DNA of 63,523 nt, filler included, from Octopus bimaculoides (Eukaryota), in the NCBI RefSeq assembly GCF_001194135.2. It is 4 parts of 4 records of this genome, joined end to end, with 100 filler letters (N's around TTAATTAATTAA, not from the genome) between each part and the next. Parts side by side here need not be neighbours in the genome. Positions count along the whole stretch, not along the records: positions 1 to 31,469 come from NC_068986.1; 3 more parts are not named here. One strand, given 5' to 3'. Shown piece by piece: positions 9,594 through 21,552 of this stretch. A program made the position numbers and the translations under genes. Position 1 is the stretch's first letter, and each line of letters opens with the position of its first letter. Under the pieces are notes generated by a model. That model searched no databases. It worked only from the letters and a program-made list of their open reading frames with translations, and was not told the DNA's origin.

Positions 9594-12283
9594 GATTATT
9601 GGATAATACCAAACCCAAACACTTGTTCAGGTAAGTCAGCTGCAGAACTAATGTTTGCTCGAAAAATAAAGTCAATTTTTGACAAGCTGTTACCAGTAAG
9701 AAAAACAAATAGGGAAAGCACTAAAAATATGACAAAGAATTTTAATATCGGTGACAAGGTGTTTTTCAAAATATATAAAAGTGGAAGAGACTTTTGGAAA
9801 GACGGAGTAGTAGCAAAAAGAATTGGCAAAATGACGTATATGTTAAGAGGCGAAAAATAGGAACACAAAGACATCTAAACCAGCTAAAAAATGGATTTAC
9901 GGAAAAGAAAAGAGATGCCCATGGAAGTGCTCTACGACACCTTTGATGTTCCAAAGCCACAGAAAGTCGAACCTAGGTGTAGCAGCACAAGAGGAAACAA
10001 ACGGAACGGTTGGAAGTAGTGCCTAAACAGAAGAGATTAAACTTCCATAGAAAGAAAATCTCAAAAAGGGAGATGTGGTGAAAGAAAATAAAATAATATT
10101 AACTTCCAACAGAAGTCAATCTCAAAAGGGGGAGATGTTATGGCGAGAGTCATTGACACACCTGTGGAATTGGAAGAATGGATAGCCGAACTCTTATAAA
10201 AAGTAGTGTATTGGTCGAGACGAGAGGGAAGCCGTAGGAGTTGTTGGGAGTTCGTGGAAATAGTTGAGATCGTTGAGAGTTTGTATTTATTGGAGAATCG
10301 TGTTTAGTGGAGTAATTTGAAGGACGTCGTGCGATGTCAGTTGTGTGTATCTCCGCTTCGTGAAATCTGTATATCCAACGTATAGAAAGATATAAAAATA
10401 ATATACATATGCAACATACATACAAATATACAAATACATAGAAGTACGTTTTTAGGTTTCCTTTCGGATTTTATTCTCAGCTTCGCTTAAAATCCAGCTT
10501 AGCAGATATCTGATTCTGTTTCTCTTTAGTTTAGGAAAGTTAGATCACAGAAACAGTAATTAAGTCTCTGTTTCGACGGGAAATACACTCCGGTAGTACG
10601 TCACTATTAGATAGGCAGTACATAGTGGGTCACTACTCTTTGAAGCCAAACTCTTGAAAAGCTAAAGGCATTTTAAAAGTAATTTAGTCAAAGGGGAACG
10701 GTTAGCTTTCATTGCTTTTGCAGGCAGTCTCAAACTGGCAAAATCAGAGTGTCCAATATTTATAAATAACCGAACGCTGAAAACAGCTCACTCTTTCTAT
10801 TATGCTGGGTTTGTTATAACGAACAGTGGATTCCTTGGTAGCCTATTATCAATATAGGTAGGTATGACCAGTTTGGATTATGTAAGGTCCTCATGCTGTC
10901 ACTGGCATAGTCATATTGTCACTAACAATTAAACTTGCGGTTTTCAAGGTGGTGTACTGCGAATGTTTCTATTTCTGCAGGAGATGAATACGGATTCGTA
11001 ACAGCTTTCATGTGTGTTATCTGTTTACCTTTACGACCTTTCCTTGCTCGCTGCAAATCGACATAAATCGAAAGCCTTTTATATATAGTACAGTTTAGCA
11101 CAAAGTGTTCATGAAGAAATCGATATTTTCCAATCAATTCTTGTATGGAGAACTATTAGATCCCGTTCACAAGACAGTGGGATCTTACTCCACTTCAAAG
11201 ACAAACTGGAAGGAAATTCAAAGAAATTGCAGATCAGCATTTGTTTTAAGGTTTACACTTCGAAACCATGGTTATAAGAAACACGTATTCTTCAGTAAAT
11301 CACACATTTTGAGAAACAGAGGTCCCATTTCATTGGCGAAGGGCATATTCAGTATCATTTGTATTTCAATATTAGTTGATATTACTCATATTTACACTTC
11401 ATATGGCTTTCTGTTAAATTCAAGGATTGTCATGTATCACATAAGCCGTAGAATATGATCCGAAGGGGATGGTCATTCCACTAATGTCACTTCTCAGATC
11501 ATCCACCAACAGCAGATGTCTCGGTATTTCACCAACTCACAAATACACACACAAACACGAACCCCCCCCCCNNNNNNNNNNNNNNNNAAAAAAAAAAAAC
11601 AGACATACACAAAAAAATACACAAAGCACCAATGCACTTATGCACTTATGCACACATATGTACATACACACACACAGAAACACATGTGCGTAGATGTAAA
11701 GTAGACTATTCACATAACGATACTTCTCGGTTTTTCTTTATTATATTATCGTATACTATCTTATTATATTTCTTTACTAGCTTGCTTGTCTTTTGCTTTT
11801 GTTTTCAGGAGTTAGTAAACAAGTATTTTTCAAATCCATTTATGAGTTTCAAGTCTCCATTATCAGATAAACAGGATATCTTTCCATAGAATGACGGATG
11901 TTGTTGAGGCGAAAAGGTTCATATGCGCTAGCAGCGTTTTATTGTCTCTGATCCTGAAATGTCTAACAATTGATTCCAGTATGTAGGCTAAATAAATATT
12001 TATCCTTTATTCTTATCTCATCTGCTAAGTTGTTTCAAGTCAATATATCGGAAAATCCCTGCGCTGGAAGCAGGTCAGGTACGAGTTCAAGGAAGTCGAT
12101 ATACTCTCTAAAGAAGTACATATTAATTGCTAGAATGGCTGTGTGGTTAATAACGTTGTTTCGCAATCATGTGGCTTTGGGTTCGGTTCCGCTATGTATG
12201 AAATCGAGCAACTGATTTTATACCATAGTTTTGAGTTAACATTGCCTTGTGAGTGAAATTAGTTCGTAATATATTCTGTTGTT

Positions 12284-12690
12284 AAGGCGGCGAGGTGGCA
12301 GAATCGTTAGCACCCTGGGCAAAATTCTTAGCGGCATATTTTCGCCATGTTGAGTTCAAATTCCGTCGAAGTTGACTTTGATTTTCATCCTTTCGGGGTC
12401 GATGAAATAAGTACCAGTTGAACACTGGGGTAGATGTAATCGATTTAGTTCCTCACCGGAGCTGCTGGCCTCGTGCCCAAACTTGGAATGAATATATTCT
12501 GTTGTTAAGGCGGAGAGCTGGTAGAATCGTTAGCACGCCGAGCAAAATGCTTAGCGGCATTTCGTCGTCATACTGAGTTCCAATTTCGTCGAGGTTAACT
12601 TTGACTTTCATCCTTTCGAGGACTGGTGTCGATGCAACCCCTATTCCCCTCCACCAAAATTGCCGGCCTTGTACCAAAATCTGAAACCAA
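12284..12690 (+). mobile_element. Two head-to-tail family B SINEs
   Basis: aaggcgg..g.tgg.agaatcgttagcac starts at 12284 and 12507; both carry the core and tail. Confidence 0.85.
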
Positions 12691-12811
12691 TATATTCTCT
12701 TGTCTTAGTTGCTTAACCCTTGGTCAATCTTAAATAAGTAGACCTATGATCAAAAAGACTTCCAATCACAGATTTTCAATGTGGGGACTATTTGGAAGCA
12801 GGAACATAATG

Positions 12812-13077
12812 GGTAATCTTCAAGTTTAGGGGGATAAAAAAAATAAATAAAAATATTCAAGGGAAATAACTGAACGATTTACCAGTATTATCCGTTTTCT
12901 TCTAGCTGTTTATAAATAAATCACACTCTAACCCTAACCCTAACCCTAACGTCAATCAAATCACGTGTGTGATTTATTTATAAACAGAGATGTACGGAGA
13001 ATACTGGTAAGACGTTCAATTACTTCCCTTGAATATTTTTATTTATTTTTTTTATCCCCCTAAACTTGAAGATTACC
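12812..13077. mobile_element. Palindromic MITE with GGTAA termini and 8-bp TSD (Merlin-like), with central telomeric repeats
   Basis: Inverted arms of about 115 bp (ggtaatcttcaagtttagggggataaaaaaa... / ...tttatccccctaaacttgaagattacc). Perfect TSD acataatg at 12804-12811 and 13078-13085. ctaaccctaaccctaaccctaac at about 12928-12950. Confidence 0.8.
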
Positions 13078-13711
13078 ACATAATGTTCACTTGTTGGATT
13101 CCATAAAATATTCAGACAGCTCGTATTATTTCAACTATTTGCCACTGTGCCAATTTGTCACAGTCATACTGATTAAAAGAGACTTATGTCATTATTGTTT
13201 TAGAGCCCCAGGTCAACCCTAGTCCACCACAACTATAGTCTGAGTGTTCCAGCAGAGACCTTTCTAGAACGACATTGTCAGACTTGTCCTTACTTCACAA
13301 TAGAGTTGATATAGCGCATTCACTATATATGTTTATGTCATGGAAAATTACATTTCTTGTTTATTTCTATGTTGCCTAACTGTATTTAAGTATCGCGTGT
13401 GACCATTTTACTCACAGCGCTATTTCTTTTCGACACTTAACTAATTTCCGACTAGTACAAGTAAATGAAGGAGTCTATGGGTAGTCAGTTGACGTTGTAT
13501 AAATAACAGTTAAATCTCTTTCAAATTCTACTTATACTTCTAAATGATACTATACACAGCGAGGTGAACATGGTCATCAACAAAAAGTATACCATTACAC
13601 GATATTTATACACAGCAAGAATATGATCGTAAATAAGAAATCTGATACCAATCCATAGCTAGATGAACATGATGATAAACAAAACATATACCTCCGCATG
13701 ATACATAAATA

Positions 13712-13918
13712 CGAGGGTGTGCTGAAAAATTCTTGGCTTTGGGTAATAGAAAATACAGGAAGGTCAGTTAATTATGATTTTATTCAGTATATTCCCTTCT
13801 CGGATTCGTACACTAGTTGCAGTGGTCCTTCAGTCTTATAAAAAATCTCGGAAGGTTGGGCCTCCAACTAGGCCTTTCACGATATCCTTTAAACCAGGAA
13901 CTTTTCAGCACCCCCTCA
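13712..13918. mobile_element. Mariner-type MITE
   Basis: TIRs cgagggtgtgctgaaaaattcttgg / ccaggaacttttcagcaccccctca, flanked by TA on both sides. Confidence 0.8.
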
Positions 13919-15029
13919 TACGGCTAGATATATAATAAAAGAGAACAAAACCTCCACATAATACTCACACATAGTTGTGCGAACATGTTCATAAATAAAA
14001 AGTTTATTTCCTCACAATACCTTTCTAAAGCTCATAAACACGGTTATGAACAAAATATTTTTGAAGAATTAAAAACCGCTAATTTTTCGGTCGTGTGGAA
14101 CTTTGAAGTAGTTGCATCTCCAAAATAAATAACTTCGGTAGTAAAACGGGCTTTTGCATGGTTAATAGGCTTGTTACACTAACTATACTAACACTCTCTG
14201 TTATTAAGTAGGTGTTATCATACGAAGTGTAATAAACAGGGGCCTATTAAATAAACTACACAAGCACCCCCTTTTACTATTACATTTACAGGCGGCATAT
14301 TTCCTGTGTATTCACTCAGCTATCCTTTCAAATACGTTTATACTTGTTGCATCTCAATATATAGCATAGAACAGAGACAATAGAAAATAAAAAGGAATGC
14401 GTCTTTATTGTTTAACGGATCCATTAATGTATGCTAATTAAGACTTCAGTGTGTCACATTGACGCAAAAAAAAAATCGTGAAAATAAATTAGTATTTTAA
14501 ATTTGAATTTTCATACTTTAAAAATGTAGCATGAAAAGAGAGAAAAAAAAAGACACCTATTAGTAGCTTCTGTCTGTCAACATACACCCAGTCAATCGAT
14601 TTATGAAGACCGATTCACATACTTAAAGGGTTAAATATTAAATTAGCGTTGATAAATTTATTGATAACGTTTAGATTAATGAGCTGAATTTTTAAGAGAA
14701 TATAATTATTGGAAGCGTTCTCTGTATGGAAGATCATCTTCAGCTGATGAAAAATATTAGTGGAAATGTAAAGTTGTGGCCCTTAATTTACTAATAATTT
14801 AGTGGCATTACCTGTTTCGATTATAATTGTCTTCCATAGCATAAACATATATCGTGAATGCGTTGTTATAGCAGGATTCGGTTGATTGCAATCAGTTAAT
14901 CAGTTGATCGATAATTCAATAATAATGCAATAATACAACCAATTAGCATACTCAATATTTGATCATTTTTGAAAATTATTATTACAGAGAGAACAATAGA
15001 AGTTTTATGTAATATACATATATATATAT

Positions 15030-15085
<56 letters not shown>

Positions 15086-16229
15086 GTATATGTATATATA
15101 CATACATACATATATATATATGTACACACAAACACACACANNNNNNNNNNCACATATGCGATTATGTATATACATATATATACATGTATATATGTTATAT
15201 ATATGCATATATATATAAATATAATATGAATATGTATATGTGTATGTATGTTTGTACATACGTATGTATGTGTGCATGTATGTTTGTGTATGCATGTATA
15301 TGTGTATATGAGTGTATATGCGTGTGTGTATGTGTATGTGTACGTATATATGTGTGTGTGTATATGTATGAGCGTGCTTGGTACAACCGTCTAATGGATG
15401 CTTGAAGTAGCGTACATTGCTATTTAGAATCATCCATGTTGTTCGATCAAGCAGACACTTAAGCATGATTTCCTTCGGGAGGCAGTTGCAGGCAGAGTAA
15501 CCAACAAATATTTGGTTCTAGGTTAAACGGTATGTATTCCACAAATATTGGAAATACTGCCAGCTTTATTAATCATAGTTAATCATAGTTATTAAAGCGC
15601 CTATAAAGTGATGAACTAGATTTAACAAGATAAAACGCTAAAAAATCACCATGTGCTAATCAATAAGTCAAAATATCTAAGGAATCACACTAACCTAACT
15701 GTTGAATTGAAATCATTATGGTAGTTAAGGATTACGTGCCGTTTGTTATTCATATCACTAGAATGATTCACATTCATATCTGGATAGACATCGTCCGATT
15801 AACATCTTTGCTGATAATATTGCTAGGGACGTTCTCACACACATTTAACTAACCACGAGAATTTTTGTTAACTTTGAACCATTTTGTGCGCGCCATGTTC
15901 TCGAACATGTATTTAATTCTTATTTTAAGAAAGGAAACTTGAAATATTTCACAAACTATATGAACCAGAACCATAGCCGTCACTAGTGAATATGATCAGT
16001 AACATGTACCAAGCATTCACCAGTTGTTATAGGTATCTATGTAGCCGAAAACTCTCACACCTTTGACTCACATCGAGGATGTGACAGCTGGTAGGAGAGA
16101 AGGTTGAACCAGCACCAACGGAAAATGAAGTGACTTGTTCAAGGCCACTGTTGTGCAAGAGTACAACGCCCCCTGACGAGAATGGACTGGATCACTGCAC
16201 ATAAATAGTAGCGGTCTGAGAAAGTGAGG

Positions 16230-18170
16230 TAGTTCTTGCTAGTTCCAACTCTTGTGAACTCCTTTTTGATTGGTTAACTTCTTGAATTGTTGCACCGTGA
16301 GTTAAATTGTTAGTGTATTTAACTGTAGGCCCATGTGGGTAATAAAGAATAAAGTGCGTGCTAGTTCCTCGCTTGTAAAATCCTTTTTGATTGGTTAACT
16401 TCTTGAATTGGTGCACTGTTAAATTGTTTGTTACTGTTATTTGATTGTTTTGTGTCTAACGACATGTTGTTTTGCTGCTTACGGCGGCTTGGTTGACGCT
16501 TTTTTCCCTTGCTTGAAGGGGAAATCACGGTAATGGAGGTGAGATGTGGAAGTGTTGGCTCCAGAGACTTGTGGAGAGAGCTTGTTAAGAGTATGAAGAA
16601 AATAGATGAGACGATGGAGGTGTAGAACTTTGCAGAAGCGGTAAAAGATAAAAGTAAAGACGTGTGCTTGGAGGAGTTGAATAGATTCAAAGACATGCTA
16701 AAAAAAGGAGAGGAACGACGTAAAGGTGTCCTCTCCCAGTGAGAAACGGATTAAGTTAAAAGAAGAACCGTACTGTCCAGAACTTACAGTTTGAAGTTAC
16801 TACGAATAGAGGTTGCAAACAGATCACAAGTTGAAAGGGCATTGATGCCAGAGGAAGGAAATATGCAACAGTAGAGGTGCGGTTTGCGCCGGAAGCTGTG
16901 TCCAGGCAGCAAGGCGTTACTCCCCTCAAAACGGAGTTCTTCTACCCATATACCTGGGAAGACGTGCAACTAGGGTAAGGGTAGAAGAAATCCCTCTGGA
17001 GGTGGATGTTGCGTGGCTGGTAGCTGCCATCCTGTTGGGAATGGAGGACAAGGTTCCGGTCTTCCAGGCCAAAAGAGTGCCACCAAGAAATTGGCAAGGG
17101 CAGGACCTGAAAATAATAATCCAAGCCGCCCCGGGAGATTTGGAGAGGATGGTGGAAACTGTCACAGTCGGAGAGAATGTAAGGCTGAGGGTCATGGTGG
17201 AGGGCAGGACGCTCCAGTGCTTTAAATGTGGCCAAAAAGGTCACATAAAAGTAGAATGTCCTCCATTTGCCGCAAAGGAAGCAACAAAAGAAACCGCACC
17301 TCCACCTCTTGCGACGACGTGTGTGAACGAGAAGGAGGAAAAGAAACAGGAGGCTGAAAAGAAAGAAGGATGGAATACAACCCCGAAAATACGGAAAAGG
17401 GGACAAAAAGAAACCAAGGCGAAATTGTGAACTCCTACCATACTCCCACCCATCTTCCATCTCCCCCCTGCAGTCACCAACCTTCACTCCGCCCCCTGAC
17501 ACAGACAATGACAAACACACAGGACAGGAGCCCGAAATTTCTCCATCGCCACCCCAAAAAAAGAAAAAAAGAAGAAAAAATGTATGCCATTTTGTATAGC
17601 AAAAGAATAAGAGGGGAAATAAACTCTCAAGTGTCGGTAGACGTTTCAAGTAAGGGATGGCCCGAGTACGTTGAATGCGCCATTGTAAGAAACGAAGAGA
17701 GGATTACACTAAAATAAAGATTCGGGAAGGAGATCGCTGATTTAGAAAAAGAGATAGACAAAAGTAAGCTATCACCAAAGTTGGCCTTTCATCACCTTGA
17801 ACTCGGTAACTAATTGTAACGATTTAATGTTGTAAAAAAGTGTGTCAAAAAAGTTAAAAGAGGTCGCTCGGATGTGGGGTCGAGAGGACTTCATTTCATT
17901 TTTCATTATTCATATCCATCTTTCCCATTAGTTTTTCTATTTTTCCCCACATATATTTGTCTGCGCTTGTATCGTCCCTCTTTGTACACCCGTGTGGGTA
18001 ATAAAGAATAAGGTTCGTGCTAGTTCCACAGTTCGTGTGTTGATAGTTCAAAGCTGGAGTTCAAAGTTCACAGCTCGAGTCAGCGAGTTGGATTATTGTT
18101 TCTTGAAAGATTGTTGCTACGTTCCGTGTGGTTACTGCCGTTTGTTTCGATTAAATTGTTATTACACTAT
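16230..18170 (+). mobile_element. Gag/ORF1-only retroelement (L1/Tx1-like ORF1 suspected) bracketed by 39-bp direct repeats
   Basis: Decayed ORF from MEVRCGSVG (about 16533) to RVRVEEIPLEVDVAWL...VMVEGRTLQCFKCGQKGHIKVEC (CX2CX4HX4C knuckle). T-rich 3' region ends cccgtgtgggtAATAAAgaataa; the same motif also occurs at 16330. No endonuclease or RT motifs seen. Confidence 0.6.
17002..17430 (+). pseudogene. CCHC zinc-knuckle ORF1/Gag fragment
   Basis: 142-aa ORF containing CFKCGQKGHIKVEC. Upstream part is broken by stops and frameshifts. Confidence 0.7.
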
Positions 18171-18181
18171 TGCAGTGTATT

Positions 18182-18257
18182 CGTTTATCCATAGGGATAT
18201 CGTTTATCCATAGGGATATCGTTTATCCATAGGGATATCGTTTATCCATAGGGATAT
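18182..18257. repeat. 19-bp minisatellite x4 (cgtttatccatagggatat)
   Basis: Four consecutive identical units, directly visible. Confidence 0.95.
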
Positions 18258-18317
18258 AACAGCCACAATGCACCACGCTGGATTTAATATATATTTATAA
18301 GGGACAGTAGCGAAGGT

Positions 18318-18648
18318 GCATGGGTCAGTGGTTAGAGCGTCGGGCTAACAATCATGCGGTAGTGAGATCGATTCCCGGACCAGGCTGATTGTTGTGTTCT
18401 TGAGCAAGTCACTTTATTTCATGTTGCTCCAGTTCACTCAGCTGTAGAAATAAGTTGCGATATCACTGGTTCCAAGCTGTGTTGGGCTTTGTTTTTCCCT
18501 TAGATAACATCGGTGGCGTAGAGAGGGGAGGCTGGTATGGATGGGCGACTGCTGGTCTTCTATAAATAATCTTTCCGGGACTTGTGCCTCGGAGGGTAAA
18601 TTTCTAAGTGCAATCCCATGGTCATTCATGACCGAAGGTGATCTTTAC
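18318..18648 (+). mobile_element. Family C SINE
   Basis: Colinear with 5873-6203. Confidence 0.82.
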
Positions 18649-20480
18649 CTTCTTATAATGCCTGACAAGAGAAATTTTTCATGGTTCAGTCAGCAGAAAG
18701 GGATAATAATTATGTTCTTCATAGCTACTAGGTTTTATTTAAGCAACTGTAAATAGAAACGTGGCGGGAAGGAAATTTATGTGATGAAAATAATCTTAAA
18801 GAGTAAGGATTAGGAATAATAATTAGCGGGAAACCGAGGACAAGGAGACATAGAAACAATGACAAGGAGAAGAAATGGGTTTGTCGGGTGGAATTGGTTG
18901 GAAATGATATGTTCTATTTAATTGCAAAGAGTAGAGGCTGTATTGAGGTTGTCGGTAGAGGGAACATGAGGAGACAATATGTTCGTCGATGAGAGAATGC
19001 ACTAAGAATTGTAAAAAAAAAAAAAAAATTCAAATGAATATGAGACTAGAGAAATGTGCCAACGTCACTTTAAGAATGAGCTAATCAATTAGAATTAAAT
19101 AAAACCCATTAAATTACCTTTAGATACTGAGAATCAAAGGATTAGATTAAAACTGCTCGTGCATAAAACTAATTGAAACTGATATGATAGAAGCCAGATA
19201 AATAAGCAGAAAGACAGAAAAGAATGTTAAAGAAAAGTCAAAATGTATTAAAAGCTTAACTCAATGCAGTGTTACGAATAAAGTAAGAGGTATGATATGA
19301 ACTCCAGTTTCAGCATAATAGATTGTGAATTAAGTGAATTACAGAGCGTAGAGACGAAAACTAGAAAATTATACTGAAATCCGAATCGTTTACTCTAAGA
19401 AATGAGATACAATATATGTAATATTTATGATGAATAATTTATATATGATATATATAATATATCTACCGTGAACATGGGAATATGATGTTTGATACACACA
19501 GGGAACTGCTCTTGAAAGTTGCAGCGGTATCTTTAGGAAAATACTTAAAAACAAATAAAGTGAACTGATTAGTTTACTAAGTGAACATAAGATGAAAAAT
19601 ACAATGAAACTTTACCTTACATAATGAAATATCAAGATTTAATAGCTAGAATTTAATTACAAGGAACAAAAGTTAGACAAGGATAAATTAACCGATTGGG
19701 CAAAAAGAAAACAAACGATGAGATCAAAATGGAATTCTAAAGCATGCTAAAAGGAAAAGAGGGAATAAAAAACGTCACCGTCAGCATTCTACACGATTCG
19801 ACCGAGAGGAAGTCAGGTAGCATGAAAACAAGAACTAGTCACACATCTGTTGAAAAAAGACAAAAAAATCTGATTTAACTTGCCTAAACGCACGTACACA
19901 CACACACGTCACATGGGACAGGAGACTAACACCAATTGCAGACTATGGAATTAATGCAAAGAAACAATTGGTTGCTCTGACTTTTTAAAGACAGAATATA
20001 TGTATAAATAAGACTGCGTAGACAACTCCGACCCCTCCTGATGTTCAACGTGACACTTCTACAACCATCATTGCACGACTGTCAGAAGGCTGCAAGCGCT
20101 TGACGATATTCCAGATGTTAAGCGTCTAGTGTCAGTCTTCGTTTGATCGAAGTCTGCTGGTCTGTCAGAGACCAGCTGTAGAAAAACGTATCAGACGCAC
20201 GGCGACCACACCTGTGAACTGTCAGTCAATGAATCGCTGGTGATTGCAGCATTAGCGTGCCTGCGCATCATCGACCACAGGATGCCCAATCCTCCAAGCA
20301 ACATGAGTTCACAGCAAACAGCCCAGTGGAACTCATCCCTTACAAAAAGAAAAAAAAAAGAAAAAAATGCAGAAGTGCACATTCTCCAGTTTGGTGACAC
20401 CTGAACTAGATCACCAAGATACGACGGTCAAGCGATAACAGCTTCTTGCTCATACGCCCATCCAAGCTCTTTTCCACTTG

Positions 20481-20891
20481 CTCTTTTACTCTTTTACTCT
20501 TTTACTTGTTTCTGTTATTTAACTGCGGCCATGCTGGGGCACCGCCTTTAGTCGAGCAAATCGACCCCAGGACTTATTCTTTGTAAGCCTGGTACTTATT
20601 CTATCGGTCTCTTTTGCCGAACCGCTAAGTTACGGGGACGTAAACACACCACCATCGGTTGTCAAGCGATGTTGGGGGACAAACACAGGCACACAAACAT
20701 ACATACACACACACACACACACATATATATGTACATATATACGACGAGCTTCTTTCAGTTTCCGTCAACCAAATCCACTCACAAGGCTTTGGTCGGCCCG
20801 AGGCTATAATAGAAGGTGCCACGCAGTGGGACTGAACCCGGAACCATGTGGTTGGTAAGCAATCTACTTACCACAAAGCCACTCCTGCGCC
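20481..20891 (-). mobile_element. Family A SINE
   Basis: Reverse complement of the 1248-1663 architecture, with a short internal deletion in the head. Confidence 0.85.
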
Positions 20892-21428
20892 TATACTGCG
20901 TTAACTGTTTATTCTTTAGACTCTGCTGAAGAGTCCAAACTTTAGAAATTAAGAGAAACACTACTTTCCGGATGCCAGCGCGGGAGTTGGCGTTGACCTA
21001 TAATCATGATAACGATTTCTTTATATTTTATGTTTATATATATGATTTCTTATTAATAACATTGTTCTGGGAAAAAAATAGAAAACCCTGAAATGATTAA
21101 CAGAACAAAAGATTTATAAGCAATCACAAGAATGGACAGATATGACAAAAGTAGATATAATAGAAATCACTGGAAGTGCTTGGAAAAGATAACATTAGAA
21201 TTTCTGCATAAAATATCTACGTACCTTACACCCGCACATGCCTCAGCGTTTTTATGAAATAATAAGATACCTTTCTCAAATACCAAAATATTGATAGAAG
21301 GGAAAATAATTATCTTCAAGAAAAAAAAAGAAAAAAATCTCCGATGGAAAGCGAGGAAAAAAGAACTACTTGAAAAATTTTTAATGTTTTCGTATCTTCT
21401 AAAAGTGATTGACATCAACACGATGTAT

Positions 21429-21473
<45 letters not shown>

Positions 21474-21552
21474 GCTTCTACCCGAATGACTCAAGTGCTG
21501 CAGAAGATTCTTAATTGGCAGTAAAGTCTAGTCAATATTAATAATTATGTGC

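Larger units (their letters stand above)
7700..10400 (+). mobile_element. Gypsy (Mag-like) LTR retrotransposon, internally deleted (no PR/RT/RNase H)
   Basis: Partial 5' LTR about 7700-7878 and 3' LTR 10136-about 10398 share a long aligned block. PBS at 7879. Gag EFCYNPEDITFSAYLRRHVEIFKEECKNW..KVRLLL with a CYGCGGLH knuckle. Integrase RVVVPAALQKRLLKDFH, LIVIDSCTKWPEI, VSDNGTQF, PPYHPRLNGQAEQFV. PPT aaaagggggaga precedes TG. Confidence 0.9.

Noticed and set aside
12268-12704. Repeat-spacer-repeat pattern resembling CRISPR
   Set aside because: The spacers are homologous SINE copies of about 200 bp, the context is eukaryotic and there are no cas genes.
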